DNA from: an uncultured Gammaproteobacteria bacterium
GTDB lineage: Bacteria; Pseudomonadota; Gammaproteobacteria; Steroidobacterales; Rariloculaceae
Assembly: GCA_964466315.1 (NCBI GenBank)
Contig: CAYXNS010000001.1
Span: 11,255-75,254, forward strand
Reading direction: 5' to 3'
DNA length: 64,000 nt
Part shown: positions 36,523-45,796 of the stretch, in pieces
Numbering within the stretch: position 1 is the stretch's first letter
Layout: every line of letters starts with the position of its first letter
Translations under genes and position numbers: made by a program
The notes under the pieces: generated by a model
Told to the model about the DNA's origin: nothing
Database searches by the model: none
What the model saw: the letters and a program-made list of their open reading frames with translations, nothing else

Positions 36523-37932
36523 ATGTCGCCTACCGACATTCTCAAGCTGATAAAAGAAAAAAACGTCAAGTTCGTTGACCTGCGATTCACCGACACGCGC
36601 GGCAAAGAACAGCATGTCACCGTGCCCGGTCATGTCATCGATGAAGGTTTCTTCGAAAGCGGCAAGATGTTCGACGGCTCGTCGATCTCCGGCTGGCGGG
36701 GCATCGACGACTCGGACATGATCCTCATGCCGGATGCACCGACCGCGGTACTCGACATCTTCACTGAAGAGATAACGCTCAATCTACGTTGCGATGTCGT
36801 CGAACCGGCATCGATGCAGGGCTATGTACGCTGCCCGCGTTCGTTGGCGAAACGTGCCGAGGGGTACATGCGCTCGACAGGAATCGCCGATCAAGCATAC
36901 TTTGGTCCGGAAAATGAGTTCTTCGTCTTCGACGACGTTCGTTGGGGCGCGGCGATGCAGGGAGCGTTCTACAAGATCGAGTCCGTGGAAGCGCACTGGC
37001 ACTCCGAGAAGGAGTATGAGGATGGCAATATCGGCCATCGCCCGGGCATCAAAGGCGGGTACTTCCCCGTGCCGCCTGTCGATTCCTTGCACGACATTCG
37101 CTCCGCGATGTGTCTCGCCCTCGAGGAGATGGGGCTTACAACGGAGGTGCACCACCATGAGGTTGCCACCGGTGGGCAAGGTGAGATCGGCGTCAAATAT
37201 GATTCGCTCGTCAAAAAAGGAGACGCAGTACAGATTTTGAAGTACGTACTCATGAACGTTGCCCACAGCTACGGCAAGACGGCCACGTTCATGCCCAAGC
37301 CGCTCGTCGATGACAATGGTAACGGCGCGCACGTTCACCAGTCTCTGGCCAAGGACGGTAAAAACGTCTTTACCGGTGATGGTTACGGTGGACTCTCGGA
37401 CACGGCTCTCTACTACATCGGTGGGATTCTCAAGCATACGCGGGCGCTTAACGCGTTCACGAATGCCACGACCAACAGCTACAAGCGGCTCGTGAAGGGC
37501 TTCGAGGCCCCGACGCTCAGGGCCTATTCCGCCCGCAACCGTTCGGCCGCCGTGCGTATTCCGTATGAGGCGAATCCGCAGGGTCGCCGGGTCGAGGTCC
37601 GGTTCCCGGATAGCTGCGGCAATCCCTACTTCCAGTTCGCAGCGATGCTCATGGCCGGCCTCGACGGCATTCAGAATAAGATCCATCCGGGTGAGCCGGT
37701 CGACAAGGATCTCTACGATCTGCCGCCGGAGGTGGAGAAGGATATCCCCACTGTCTGTTTCTCACTCGAACAGGCCCTCGAAGAACTCGACAACGACCGC
37801 GAATTCCTGACGGCGGGCGATGTCTTCTCCGACGACCTCATCGACGGTTATCTGGAGCTCAAGGAGGACGAGCTGACGCTGCTTCGGAAATCCACGCATC
37901 CCGTGGAATTCCAGATGTACTACAGCCTGTAA
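36523..37932 (+). CDS. glnA: Glutamine synthetase type I
   Basis: 469 aa, [31 protein letters not shown]. The adenylylation-loop Tyr context KDLYDLPPE is present. Confidence 0.97.
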   Translation: MSPTDILKLIKEKNVKFVDLRFTDTRGKEQHVTVPGHVIDEGFFESGKMFDGSSISGWRGIDDSDMILMPDAPTAVLDIFTEEITLNLRCDVVEPASMQGYVRCPRSLAKRAEGYMRSTGIADQAYFGPENEFFVFDDVRWGAAMQGAFYKIESVEAHWHSEKEYEDGNIGHRPGIKGGYFPVPPVDSLHDIRSAMCLALEEMGLTTEVHHHEVATGGQGEIGVKYDSLVKKGDAVQILKYVLMNVAHSYGKTATFMPKPLVDDNGNGAHVHQSLAKDGKNVFTGDGYGGLSDTALYYIGGILKHTRALNAFTNATTNSYKRLVKGFEAPTLRAYSARNRSAAVRIPYEANPQGRRVEVRFPDSCGNPYFQFAAMLMAGLDGIQNKIHPGEPVDKDLYDLPPEVEKDIPTVCFSLEQALEELDNDREFLTAGDVFSDDLIDGYLELKEDELTLLRKSTHPVEFQMYYSL

Positions 37933-37972
37933 TCCGGCAGAGAAGCCCAAATTCTGTCAAATCGGGATGGAC

Positions 37973-37996
37973 GGCGGGATTCCTTAAAATCCCGCC
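37973..37996 (+). terminator. Hairpin downstream of glnA (possible terminator or attenuator)
   Basis: GGCGGGAT-tccttaaa-ATCCCGCC, an 8-bp stem with no clear T-run. Confidence 0.35.
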
Positions 37997-38039
37997 TAGT
38001 TCCGTGGCGGGAGGTGATTATTGGCGCTAAGCTTAGGGT

Positions 38040-38573
38040 ATGTATAAGTGGCTGATTCTGATGTCCTTGCTGTATACCGTGGCCGACGGGCAGACCGCCT
38101 ATACCTGGGTGGACGAGGACGGGCAGACCCACTACTCGGATCGCCCATACCCGGGCTCGACCGTGATCGAACTCGAGACCGCTCAGGGTTTCGTACCGCC
38201 ACCGTCAACGACCACCGGGTCGGACGAGGCCGTCGAGGAGGTCGATCCAGCGGATGCTTACACCACCTTCAATATACGCCAGCCGACCCATCAGGAGACG
38301 CTGTGGAACATCGGCGGCATTGTCGATGTGACGCTCGAACTCGCGCCCGGGTTACAGCCGGGGCACCGCGTGGGAATCATTCTCGACGGGGCGTTAACGG
38401 ACGTTCTTACGACCGTCTCGCAGTTTCAGCTCACGGAGATCTTCCGTGGCCAGCATACCTTGCAGGGCGTCGTCCTCGACGCCGGTGGCGGCGAGGTGCT
38501 GCGATCCCTGGCCATAACCATCATGGTGCAGCAGACTACGCTGCTAAACCCAAACAATCCAAACGTGGGCTAG
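38040..38573 (+). CDS. DUF4124 domain-containing secreted protein
   Basis: Signal-like N-terminus followed by AYTWVDEDGQTHYSDRPYPG, the DUF4124 signature. Confidence 0.8.
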   Translation: MYKWLILMSLLYTVADGQTAYTWVDEDGQTHYSDRPYPGSTVIELETAQGFVPPPSTTTGSDEAVEEVDPADAYTTFNIRQPTHQETLWNIGGIVDVTLELAPGLQPGHRVGIILDGALTDVLTTVSQFQLTEIFRGQHTLQGVVLDAGGGEVLRSLAITIMVQQTTLLNPNNPNVG

Positions 38574-38683
38574 TCCCCGTACGGGGGTCGTCCGCGGCGC
38601 CCAGTGCAGCGGGTGACCCCCTTCGCAGAACTCCGTCGACACGCTCAACCCGGGCACCGAGTTCGGACAGTATCCTCGGTGGA

Positions 38684-39706
38684 TTGACGACGGCCGTTGC
38701 TGTCCTGGGCGCCGATCTCAAGGTCGTTTACCTGAACGCTGCCGCTGAGAATCTTCTGGGCGTCAGCCTGCGTCAGTCGCTCGGCCGATTCATCGGCGAA
38801 CTCGTTATGCCGCCCGATGAGTTGACGGCCCTTTGCTGGAGAGCGCTCGACGACGGTCTAATCTACGGCTGCCGGGAGCTTTCGGCGCGCGTCGGTGATC
38901 ACGAAGTCATCATGGACTGCCGTGCCTCGCCATTGGATGGTGTCGAGGGGCGTTTACTGCTCGAGTTATTCGATACGCAGCGGGATCGCCAGGTGCGCCG
39001 AGAGGCCGAGTTGCTCGCTCAGCAGCGCTTGAGCAGGCGAATCATTCACCAGCTTGCGCATGAGGTGAAGAACCCGTTGGGTGGTTTACGCGGCGCGGCG
39101 CAGCTCTTGGAACGGCAACTACCGGCCGCGGAGCTCAAGGCCTATACGGACGTGATCATAGAAGAGGCGGATCGGCTGGCGGCTCTCGTCGACGGGATCC
39201 TCAAGGCCGGCGGTCAGCCCAAGCATGAGACATTCAACCTCCACGAGATTACCGAGCACGTTGGTAAGCTGATCGAAGCTGAAAAACCGGAAGATATGGT
39301 TCTCGTGCGAGATTACGATCCGAGTCTGCCGATCACGACTGCCGATCGCGATCAGCTGATCCAGGCGTTCCTGAATCTCGCGAAGAATGCCATTCAGGCG
39401 CTGGGAGAATCGGGGCAGCTCATATTCCGGACCAGAGCGTTGACCAACTACACGCTGGGCGGTCAGAAGCATCGCCTGGTACTGTCTCTCGAGATCGAAG
39501 ACAACGGTCCGGGTGTACCCGACGATCTCAAAGACACGATCTTCTATCCACTCGTAACCGGCCGTGACACCGGAACCGGACTCGGGCTTACGATCGCGCA
39601 GGATCTCGTCAGCCGCAACGGTGGCCTGATCGAGTTCTCGAGCCGGCCGGGATCGACGATCTTCCAGGTCAGACTGCCCGTGTCGAACAGGACGGATCCG
39701 GGGTAA
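38684..39706 (+). CDS. ntrB: Nitrogen regulation sensor histidine kinase NtrB (start uncertain)
   Basis: PAS region LTTAVAVLGADLKVVYLNAAAENLLG, H-box HEVKNPLGGLRGAAQLL and N/G boxes. No in-frame ATG or GTG follows the DUF4124 gene. TTG 38684 or ATC 38672 are the candidates. The tracked 552-aa ORF start (38048) gives an Arg-rich shadow of the DUF4124 gene. Confidence 0.85.
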   Translation: MTTAVAVLGADLKVVYLNAAAENLLGVSLRQSLGRFIGELVMPPDELTALCWRALDDGLIYGCRELSARVGDHEVIMDCRASPLDGVEGRLLLELFDTQRDRQVRREAELLAQQRLSRRIIHQLAHEVKNPLGGLRGAAQLLERQLPAAELKAYTDVIIEEADRLAALVDGILKAGGQPKHETFNLHEITEHVGKLIEAEKPEDMVLVRDYDPSLPITTADRDQLIQAFLNLAKNAIQALGESGQLIFRTRALTNYTLGGQKHRLVLSLEIEDNGPGVPDDLKDTIFYPLVTGRDTGTGLGLTIAQDLVSRNGGLIEFSSRPGSTIFQVRLPVSNRTDPG

Positions 39707-41103
39707 TGGCAACGCCCAGCCTTTCCGTATGGGTGGTGGACGACGATGAGTCAGTTCGCTGGGTGCTCGAGCAAGCGCTCAAGCAGGCAAACATGATTCC
39801 GCGCTGCTTCGAGACTGGAGAAGCCTTCTTCAATGCACTCGCGCTCGAGAAGCCCGATGTGCTCGTCACCGACATCCGCATGCCCGGCATGTCGGGACTG
39901 GAGCTCATGGAGCAGCTAGCCGACCAGGAGCCCGAGATACCCGTGATAGTCATTACGGCTCATTCCGATCTCGATAGCGCTGTCTCCGCATACCGTGGCG
40001 GTGCGTTTGAATATCTTCCAAAACCCTTCGACATCGACGATGCGGTGGAGCTCGTATCTCGCGCGGCCCGGCAGGGCAGCGCTGCGGCAGCCGGCGGACC
40101 TCCGGGCGGGGTACCTCGGATGATCGGACAGGCACCGGCGATGCAGGAGGTCTTCCGCGCAATCGGTCGTCTCTCACGTTCGAGTATGACCGTATTGATC
40201 ACGGGCGAATCCGGAACCGGTAAGGAACTCGTGGCTCAGGCGTTGCATGAGAATTCGCCGCGAGCGTCGCAGCCGTTCATTGCACTGAATACATCAGCGA
40301 TACCGGCCGAGCTCTTGGAATCCGAGATATTCGGCCACGAAAAGGGAGCGTTCACTGGCGCAGACAAGCGGCGAATCGGACGCTTCGAGCAAGCCGATGG
40401 CGGCACGCTGTTTCTGGATGAGATCGGTGACATGTCGGCGCAGCTTCAAATACGATTACTGCGAGTACTAGCGGAGAATGAGTTCTTCCGTGTCGGCGGC
40501 CAGACCGCGGTACGAGTCGATGTGCGCGTCATTGCTGCGACCCATCAGGATTTAGCCCAGGCTGTGGCGACAGGGCGTTTCAGGGAAGACCTCTTTCACC
40601 GCTTGAACGTGATGCGCGTCGAGGTGCCGGCACTACGAGACCGCCGGGAAGACATTCCAGAGCTTGCGCGATTCTATTTGGGCCAGGCAGCAAGCGAACT
40701 CGCGGTTGCAGCAAAGACGCTAAGTGCTGCTGCGGTCGAATTGCTAACGGCGCACGAGTGGCCGGGTAACGTCCGCGAACTCATCAACGTCTGCCGCAGG
40801 CTCACCGTGACCGCCGCGGGCCGGGAGATTACTGAGCAGGATCTTCCGCAGGAACTCGGTGGTGCCGCACACTCCCATACAGGGGTTGATTGGACGTCCG
40901 ATCTGGCTCAGTGGGCGGACGGACAGCTTGCTGGCGGCGGCCCGCCGCTACTGGATGAGGCGCTGCCCGCTTTCGAACGCACATTGATTCAGGCGGCCCT
41001 ACGACGTGCTCAGGGTAAGCGACTGGAAGCCGCCAAGTTGTTGGGCTGGGGCCGGAATACGTTGACCCGCAAGATCAAGGAGCTCGGCCTCAACGACAGT
41101 TAG
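39706..41103 (+). CDS. ntrC: Nitrogen regulation response regulator NtrC (sigma-54 activator)
   Basis: Receiver domain, AAA+ motifs GESGTGKE and GAFTGA, and a C-terminal Fis-type HTH. The ATG overlaps the ntrB TAA (TAATG). Confidence 0.96.
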   Translation: MATPSLSVWVVDDDESVRWVLEQALKQANMIPRCFETGEAFFNALALEKPDVLVTDIRMPGMSGLELMEQLADQEPEIPVIVITAHSDLDSAVSAYRGGAFEYLPKPFDIDDAVELVSRAARQGSAAAAGGPPGGVPRMIGQAPAMQEVFRAIGRLSRSSMTVLITGESGTGKELVAQALHENSPRASQPFIALNTSAIPAELLESEIFGHEKGAFTGADKRRIGRFEQADGGTLFLDEIGDMSAQLQIRLLRVLAENEFFRVGGQTAVRVDVRVIAATHQDLAQAVATGRFREDLFHRLNVMRVEVPALRDRREDIPELARFYLGQAASELAVAAKTLSAAAVELLTAHEWPGNVRELINVCRRLTVTAAGREITEQDLPQELGGAAHSHTGVDWTSDLAQWADGQLAGGGPPLLDEALPAFERTLIQAALRRAQGKRLEAAKLLGWGRNTLTRKIKELGLNDS

Positions 41104-41147
41104 CGCCCTCTGCGATTATACCGTGACGCTGATACAAGAGAGTAGGA

Positions 41148-41163
41148 GCGGCCGTTTGGCCGC
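41148..41163. terminator. Small GC hairpin after ntrC
   Basis: GCGGCC-gttt-GGCCGC, no T-run. Confidence 0.25.
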
Positions 41164-41220
41164 GATCGACGTTGGCAGCAGTGGGCGGTCGCGATAGTCA
41201 CCTCTCGCCATTGGTTTCTG

Positions 41221-41237
41221 AATTGTGTCGCACAATT
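41221..41237. repeat. Perfect 17-bp palindrome AATTGTG-TCG-CACAATT
   Basis: Read directly from the sequence; it lies in the 255-bp convergent spacer between ntrC and the oxidoreductase gene. Confidence 0.9.
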
Positions 41238-41358
41238 GTTAGCGGCGTGCAGCAGAGACCATCCGCCTCGAGGCAACCATCACACCCGCCCACGATCGGG
41301 TAGCACGGCGTTGCGAATGGCGGGGATATCAAGCGGCTTATCGCGACCGGGTAGCCGA

Positions 41359-42300
41359 TCAGAATTCCCGGCGCTCGATATCGGCGATGATGGCTTCCGC
41401 GAGTTCGAGTGCCGCCACGCCGTCGTGACCGGACACCTCACAGGGCATGTCATCGACGATGGCGCTGACGAACGATTCGACCTCGGTCGCCAGGGCATCG
41501 CCCTTCTCGAGACTCCAGCTCTCTTCGTTGAGTGCAGGCTGCTCTTCGCCGAGGGTGCTCGCATGTGTCACGAGCTGTACGTTGCCGGCACCGAAATCAA
41601 TCGAAAGATATTGATGTTTCTGAAACACGCGGAACTTGCGTTGTGCGCTGGTCGAGACTCGCGACGCCGTGACATTCGCGATGGCGCCGGTATCGAACTC
41701 GATGCGCGCGTTGGCGATATCGACGCTCGAGGTCAGGACTGCGATTCCGACGGCCGATACCAACGACGGCTTACCGGCGACCAATGACAGAATGACATCC
41801 AGGTCGTGAATCATGAGATCCAACACGACGTTGACATCCGTACCACGACCTTTGAACGGCGCTAAGCGATGGCACTCGATGAACTGCACGGCCGTCAGCC
41901 GGCCTTGAGCGGAAAGTAGCGCCGGATTGAACCTTTCGACGTGGCCGACCTGAAGCTTCAGGTTATTCACAGCCGCGAGGTTCGTCAGTTCACGGCCCTC
42001 GGCGCTCGTGTTGGTCATGGGTTTTTCGACAAGGACATGGACGCCGTTTTCGAGAAAATACTTCGCTAACTCGTAATGTACGGAGGTGCTCGCGGCGACG
42101 ATCACGGCATCGGCATTGCCAGCCAGGTTGCGATAATCGGCGTAGTAATCGACATCGCAAGCACGTGCAAGATCCTCACCGGCTACGGTGTCGATATCGC
42201 AGATGCCGACGAGCTTCGCCGCTGCAATGGCGTGAAGCTTTTGCGCGTGAAATCGGCCAAGATAGCCGGCGCCCACAACCGCTACCCGAAGCGTGGTCAC
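41359..42300 (-). CDS. Gfo/Idh/MocA family NAD(P)-dependent oxidoreductase
   Basis: 313 aa with Rossmann motif LRVAVVGAGYLGRFHAQK. The start overlaps the lpxA stop (ATGA-type). Confidence 0.88.
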   Translation of the reverse strand: MTTLRVAVVGAGYLGRFHAQKLHAIAAAKLVGICDIDTVAGEDLARACDVDYYADYRNLAGNADAVIVAASTSVHYELAKYFLENGVHVLVEKPMTNTSAEGRELTNLAAVNNLKLQVGHVERFNPALLSAQGRLTAVQFIECHRLAPFKGRGTDVNVVLDLMIHDLDVILSLVAGKPSLVSAVGIAVLTSSVDIANARIEFDTGAIANVTASRVSTSAQRKFRVFQKHQYLSIDFGAGNVQLVTHASTLGEEQPALNEESWSLEKGDALATEVESFVSAIVDDMPCEVSGHDGVAALELAEAIIADIERREF

Positions 42301-43082
42301 ACTCGTGCGATCCCTCTGTCCGATGTATTAATGAAATCCACGAGGTGCTCGATTCGCGCATTGGTATCGCACTCCGCCCGGATCTTCACGAGAGCCTCGT
42401 CGATCGTCAAACCCTGGCGAAGGATGATTCGAATTGCTTTATCGATCTCGCGAGTCTCGTCGTCCCCCTGCCCCGCGCGTTTCAACCCAACCTTGTTAGT
42501 GGCTTTCGGTACGGCCCACTGTCCTTCGGCGATCGTATAGGGAAGGATATCCTTATTCACGAGCGCGCCCGCCGCTACGAAAGAATACTCTCCGAGTCGG
42601 GTGTACTGAGACACGGCTACGACACCGCCGACAACAGCACCTCGTTCTATCGTTACATGGCCCGCGAGTTGCACGAGATTCGTCAACACGACTTCGTTTT
42701 CGATCCGGCAGTCGTGACCGACATGGGCATAGGCCATGATGAAAGTGTTGCTGCCAACTCTGGTGACGCCGCTGCCCTTGTTGCTGCCGAGATTGAGAGA
42801 AGCGCTCTCGCCGATGCGGTTGTGGTCACCGATCTCGAGTCTCGTCTGCGCGTCGTCGTAACTCCAATCCTGTGGCGGGCCGCCCAGCATAGCCCCGCTC
42901 TGAATATAGTTGCGTTCGCCGATCACGACTGTACCGAAACGACTACCGATTCGGACGTGCGAATCGATGATCGTGTGGGCGCCTATGATCACCTCGCCAT
43001 CGATTACGGCGTACGGGCCAATCTCTGTGTCGGGCGAGATCTGCGCTTGCTCGGAGACGATCGCTGTGGGGTGTATCTTCAA
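42297..43082 (-). CDS. lpxA: Acyl-ACP--UDP-N-acetylglucosamine O-acyltransferase LpxA
   Basis: 261 aa, MKIHPTAIVSEQAQISPDTEIGPYAVI, with hexapeptide repeats, the catalytic-His context AYAHVGHDC and the C-terminal helical domain GLKRAG...IRIIL. Confidence 0.88.
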   Translation of the reverse strand: MKIHPTAIVSEQAQISPDTEIGPYAVIDGEVIIGAHTIIDSHVRIGSRFGTVVIGERNYIQSGAMLGGPPQDWSYDDAQTRLEIGDHNRIGESASLNLGSNKGSGVTRVGSNTFIMAYAHVGHDCRIENEVVLTNLVQLAGHVTIERGAVVGGVVAVSQYTRLGEYSFVAAGALVNKDILPYTIAEGQWAVPKATNKVGLKRAGQGDDETREIDKAIRIILRQGLTIDEALVKIRAECDTNARIEHLVDFINTSDRGIARV

Positions 43083-43187
43083 GCTGCTGTAACGAATTAC
43101 TCTAGGTTGGGGCTCTGATACACGAGTCGGTCGCCGTGAGCAAGTCGTCGCGGCGCAGCTAATGCATAATCGAGGTTAGAGGGAGTG

Positions 43188-44222
43188 ATGCCCGCCAATC
43201 TGAGCCCAGATTACAAGAAGGCCGAGAAAGCGTTCCGCGATGCTCGGGATGAGCAGGAGCGTCTCGCGTGCCTCAAAGAGATGCTGCGGACAATTCCAAA
43301 GCACAAGGGCACGGAGCATCTACAGGCGGACATCAAGAGCCGCATTAAGCAGCTCAGCGAGGATCTCGCCGGGCCAAAGAAAGGCGCGAGCCGCAGCGGT
43401 CCCGTTCACTCCATTCGTCCCGAGGGGGCGGCACAGATCGCGCTTCTCGGGCCGCCGAATTCCGGAAAGTCCAGCCTGCACGTTGCGCTGACCGGGTCCA
43501 GAGCAAGCGTAGGCCCGTACCCGCACACGACGCATGAGCCGATGCCCGGCATGTTGCCGTTCGAAGACGTGCATTTTCAGCTCGTGGATTTACCGCCTAT
43601 CTCCGAGGATTACATGGACAGCTGGCTTGTGAATGCGCTGCAGCCGGCTGACGCCACATTACTGATCGTCGACATCTCCGATCCCGACTGTACGGATCAT
43701 GTCGCGACGATTCGAGATCGCCTCGACGAGAAGAAAATCACGCTCACCGATAACTGGCCCGGACTAGATGGCCATGGGGTAGACTGTGGGGACGAAGACG
43801 AAGCGGCGCTTGACCCATTTCGGATCTATCTGCCGACAATGCTCGTCGCGAACAAGATGGATCGGAATCCGGACCCGGATGATGTCGCCGTTCTGGAGGA
43901 GCTGACGGGAGTTCGGTTTCCGGCCGTGACAACGTCCGTTAAGGCCGGCGAGAACCTCGAGGACATCGGCGCGCTTTTATTCAAGGGCCTACAGATTGTA
44001 CGCGTCTACACCAAGACGCCGGGTAAGCCGCCGGAGATGGATCGCCCGTTCACCGTACGTTCGGGCGCAACCGTTCTCGACGTCGCACGGCTCGTGCACA
44101 AGGATATCGCCGGTTCCTTCAAGTACGCACGAGCCTGGGGAACCGGGGTGTTCGATGGCCAACAAATCGGACCCGAGCATCCCCTCTCGGATGCCGACAT
44201 CGTCGAGCTGCATATGCGCTAG
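43188..44222 (+). CDS. DRG/Rbg-like GTPase with a C-terminal TGS domain
   Basis: N-terminal helical segment KHKGTEHLQADIKSRIKQL, G1 GPPNSGKS, G2 HTT, G3 position reading DLPP, G4 NKMD. The TGS-like end reads VYTKTPGKPPEMDRPFTVRSGATVLDVARLVHKDIAGSFKYARAWG. Confidence 0.8.
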   Translation: MPANLSPDYKKAEKAFRDARDEQERLACLKEMLRTIPKHKGTEHLQADIKSRIKQLSEDLAGPKKGASRSGPVHSIRPEGAAQIALLGPPNSGKSSLHVALTGSRASVGPYPHTTHEPMPGMLPFEDVHFQLVDLPPISEDYMDSWLVNALQPADATLLIVDISDPDCTDHVATIRDRLDEKKITLTDNWPGLDGHGVDCGDEDEAALDPFRIYLPTMLVANKMDRNPDPDDVAVLEELTGVRFPAVTTSVKAGENLEDIGALLFKGLQIVRVYTKTPGKPPEMDRPFTVRSGATVLDVARLVHKDIAGSFKYARAWGTGVFDGQQIGPEHPLSDADIVELHMR

Positions 44223-44267
44223 CGTGCCACATCGATTCGAGGGGTAATCTTCGGATTGTGGCCCATC

Positions 44268-45203
44268 TCAACTCCCCGCGATGTCGAGGCTGCCGACGAG
44301 ATCGGCCACGGCAGCGATGTTGTGCCTCTCTAGATACTCTTCGATGCCCGCATTAATCTTTTTTGCCGCCATCGGATCGTAGAAAAGACTCGTACCGAGG
44401 CCGATTGCGGTGGCGCCCGCCATGAGGAATTCGATGGCATCTTTAGTATTCCGGATGCCGCCTTGGCCGATGATCGGAATTCCCCGAGGGCCGGCTACCT
44501 CATAGACCTGGTGCACTTTCAGTAGCGCGATCGGCCGGATTGCGGGACCCGACAAACCAGCCTGAACGTTGCCAATTATGGGGCGGGCGGTTTCTATGTC
44601 TATCGCCATCCCCATGATTGTATTGATCACGGCGAGGCCATCGCTGCCGGCTTCGATACAAGCGCGAGCATTCGCAGCGATGTCGGTTTGATTCGGCGAC
44701 AGCTTCGTGATGATCGGCTTGTCGGTCGCGGCCCGGCACGCCGCAACGACACGGGCCGACATGTCCGGATAATTACCGAAGGCCATACCGCCTTCTTCGA
44801 CATTCGGACACGAGATGTTGATTTCTATACCGTCGATCGGCGACTTGTCGAACCGGCGAGTGACTTCGGCGTATTCGTCGATGGTCGATCCGCAGACATT
44901 GGCAAGAAACCGCGTTTCAGAAAAATCCAGGGTAGGCAGTATTTCGTCGACGACCTTATCGACCCCCGGGTTCTGCAGGCCGATGGCGTTCAACATGCCC
45001 TCTGGTGTCTCCCAGACGCGATGCGGCGGGTTACCCAGACGGGGATTCTTCGTCGTGCCCTTGAGTACGATCGCGCCCGTATCGCGGTTTGAGAAACCCT
45101 CAACTCGCGTGTATTCCTCACCGAAGCCCACGCAACCTGACAGGAGTACGACGGGGGAGGTTAGTTCTAGACCACAGAGGTTAACCGCCAGTTGATTCGC
45201 CAT
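44268..45203 (-). CDS. pyrD: Dihydroorotate dehydrogenase, class 1 (type-B catalytic-subunit-like)
   Basis: 311 aa with NAIGLQNPG and the active-site Cys in EINISCPNV. There is no N-terminal membrane anchor. Confidence 0.85.
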   Translation of the reverse strand: MANQLAVNLCGLELTSPVVLLSGCVGFGEEYTRVEGFSNRDTGAIVLKGTTKNPRLGNPPHRVWETPEGMLNAIGLQNPGVDKVVDEILPTLDFSETRFLANVCGSTIDEYAEVTRRFDKSPIDGIEINISCPNVEEGGMAFGNYPDMSARVVAACRAATDKPIITKLSPNQTDIAANARACIEAGSDGLAVINTIMGMAIDIETARPIIGNVQAGLSGPAIRPIALLKVHQVYEVAGPRGIPIIGQGGIRNTKDAIEFLMAGATAIGLGTSLFYDPMAAKKINAGIEEYLERHNIAAVADLVGSLDIAGS

Positions 45204-45261
45204 TACCGTCTAGTGTAACTGCTCACACAGCTTTTTCTCGAGAGACGGTACACTTTCTGTC

Positions 45262-45726
45262 GTGTTCGATCTAATTCTCTACGAGCCGGAGATACCGCCA
45301 AACACCGGCAACGTCATCCGTCTGTGCGCGAACGTCGGCGTAGCCTTGCATCTGATTCGCCCGCTCGGGTTTGAAATGGAAGAGCGCAGCCTCCGGCGCG
45401 CCGGGCTCGACTATCATGAGCTCGCGACCGTGTTGCAGCACGAATCGCTGGAGGCCTGCCTGCAGGCGCTCGAGCCTGCGCGACTCTTCGCGCTCAGTAC
45501 CAAGGGGCAGCGAACGCTGTTCGAGCAGGAGTTCGCACTAGGAGATGCTTTCTTACTGGGTCCGGAGACTCACGGACTGCCGGCGGCGGTGCTTCGCTCC
45601 GCGGCTCTCGACGGCGTGCTGCGCGTGCCAATGCGCAAACAGAGCCGAAGCCTGAATCTATCGAATACTGCAGCCGTGATCCTCTACGAGGCATGGCGTC
45701 AGGTTGGATTTCCGGGCGGTAGTTAG
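45262..45726 (+). CDS. trmL: tRNA (cytidine/uridine34-2'-O)-methyltransferase TrmL
   Basis: 154 aa of the SpoU/TrmH class: LYEPEIPPNTGNVIRLCAN...SLNLSNTAAVILYEAWRQ. Confidence 0.92.
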   Translation: MFDLILYEPEIPPNTGNVIRLCANVGVALHLIRPLGFEMEERSLRRAGLDYHELATVLQHESLEACLQALEPARLFALSTKGQRTLFEQEFALGDAFLLGPETHGLPAAVLRSAALDGVLRVPMRKQSRSLNLSNTAAVILYEAWRQVGFPGGS

Positions 45727-45796
45727 AATATCGCTCAACAAGGGACCCGGCCACTTCTTGGGCGGCACCTTTTCCCTCGGTCGCGATTCTTTCGGC

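Noticed and set aside
38048-38683. The 5' 636 nt of the tracked 552-aa ORF, which would extend NtrB over the whole DUF4124 gene.
   Set aside because: The extension is Arg-rich nonsense (RGRRADRLYLGGRGRAD...) in an alternative frame of a real gene. NtrB homology begins only near 38670.
41615-41627. Dyad TGTTTC-t-GAAACA inside the oxidoreductase gene, considered as a parS half-site pair.
   Set aside because: It lacks the central ACGTG core, has the wrong spacing and lies within coding sequence.
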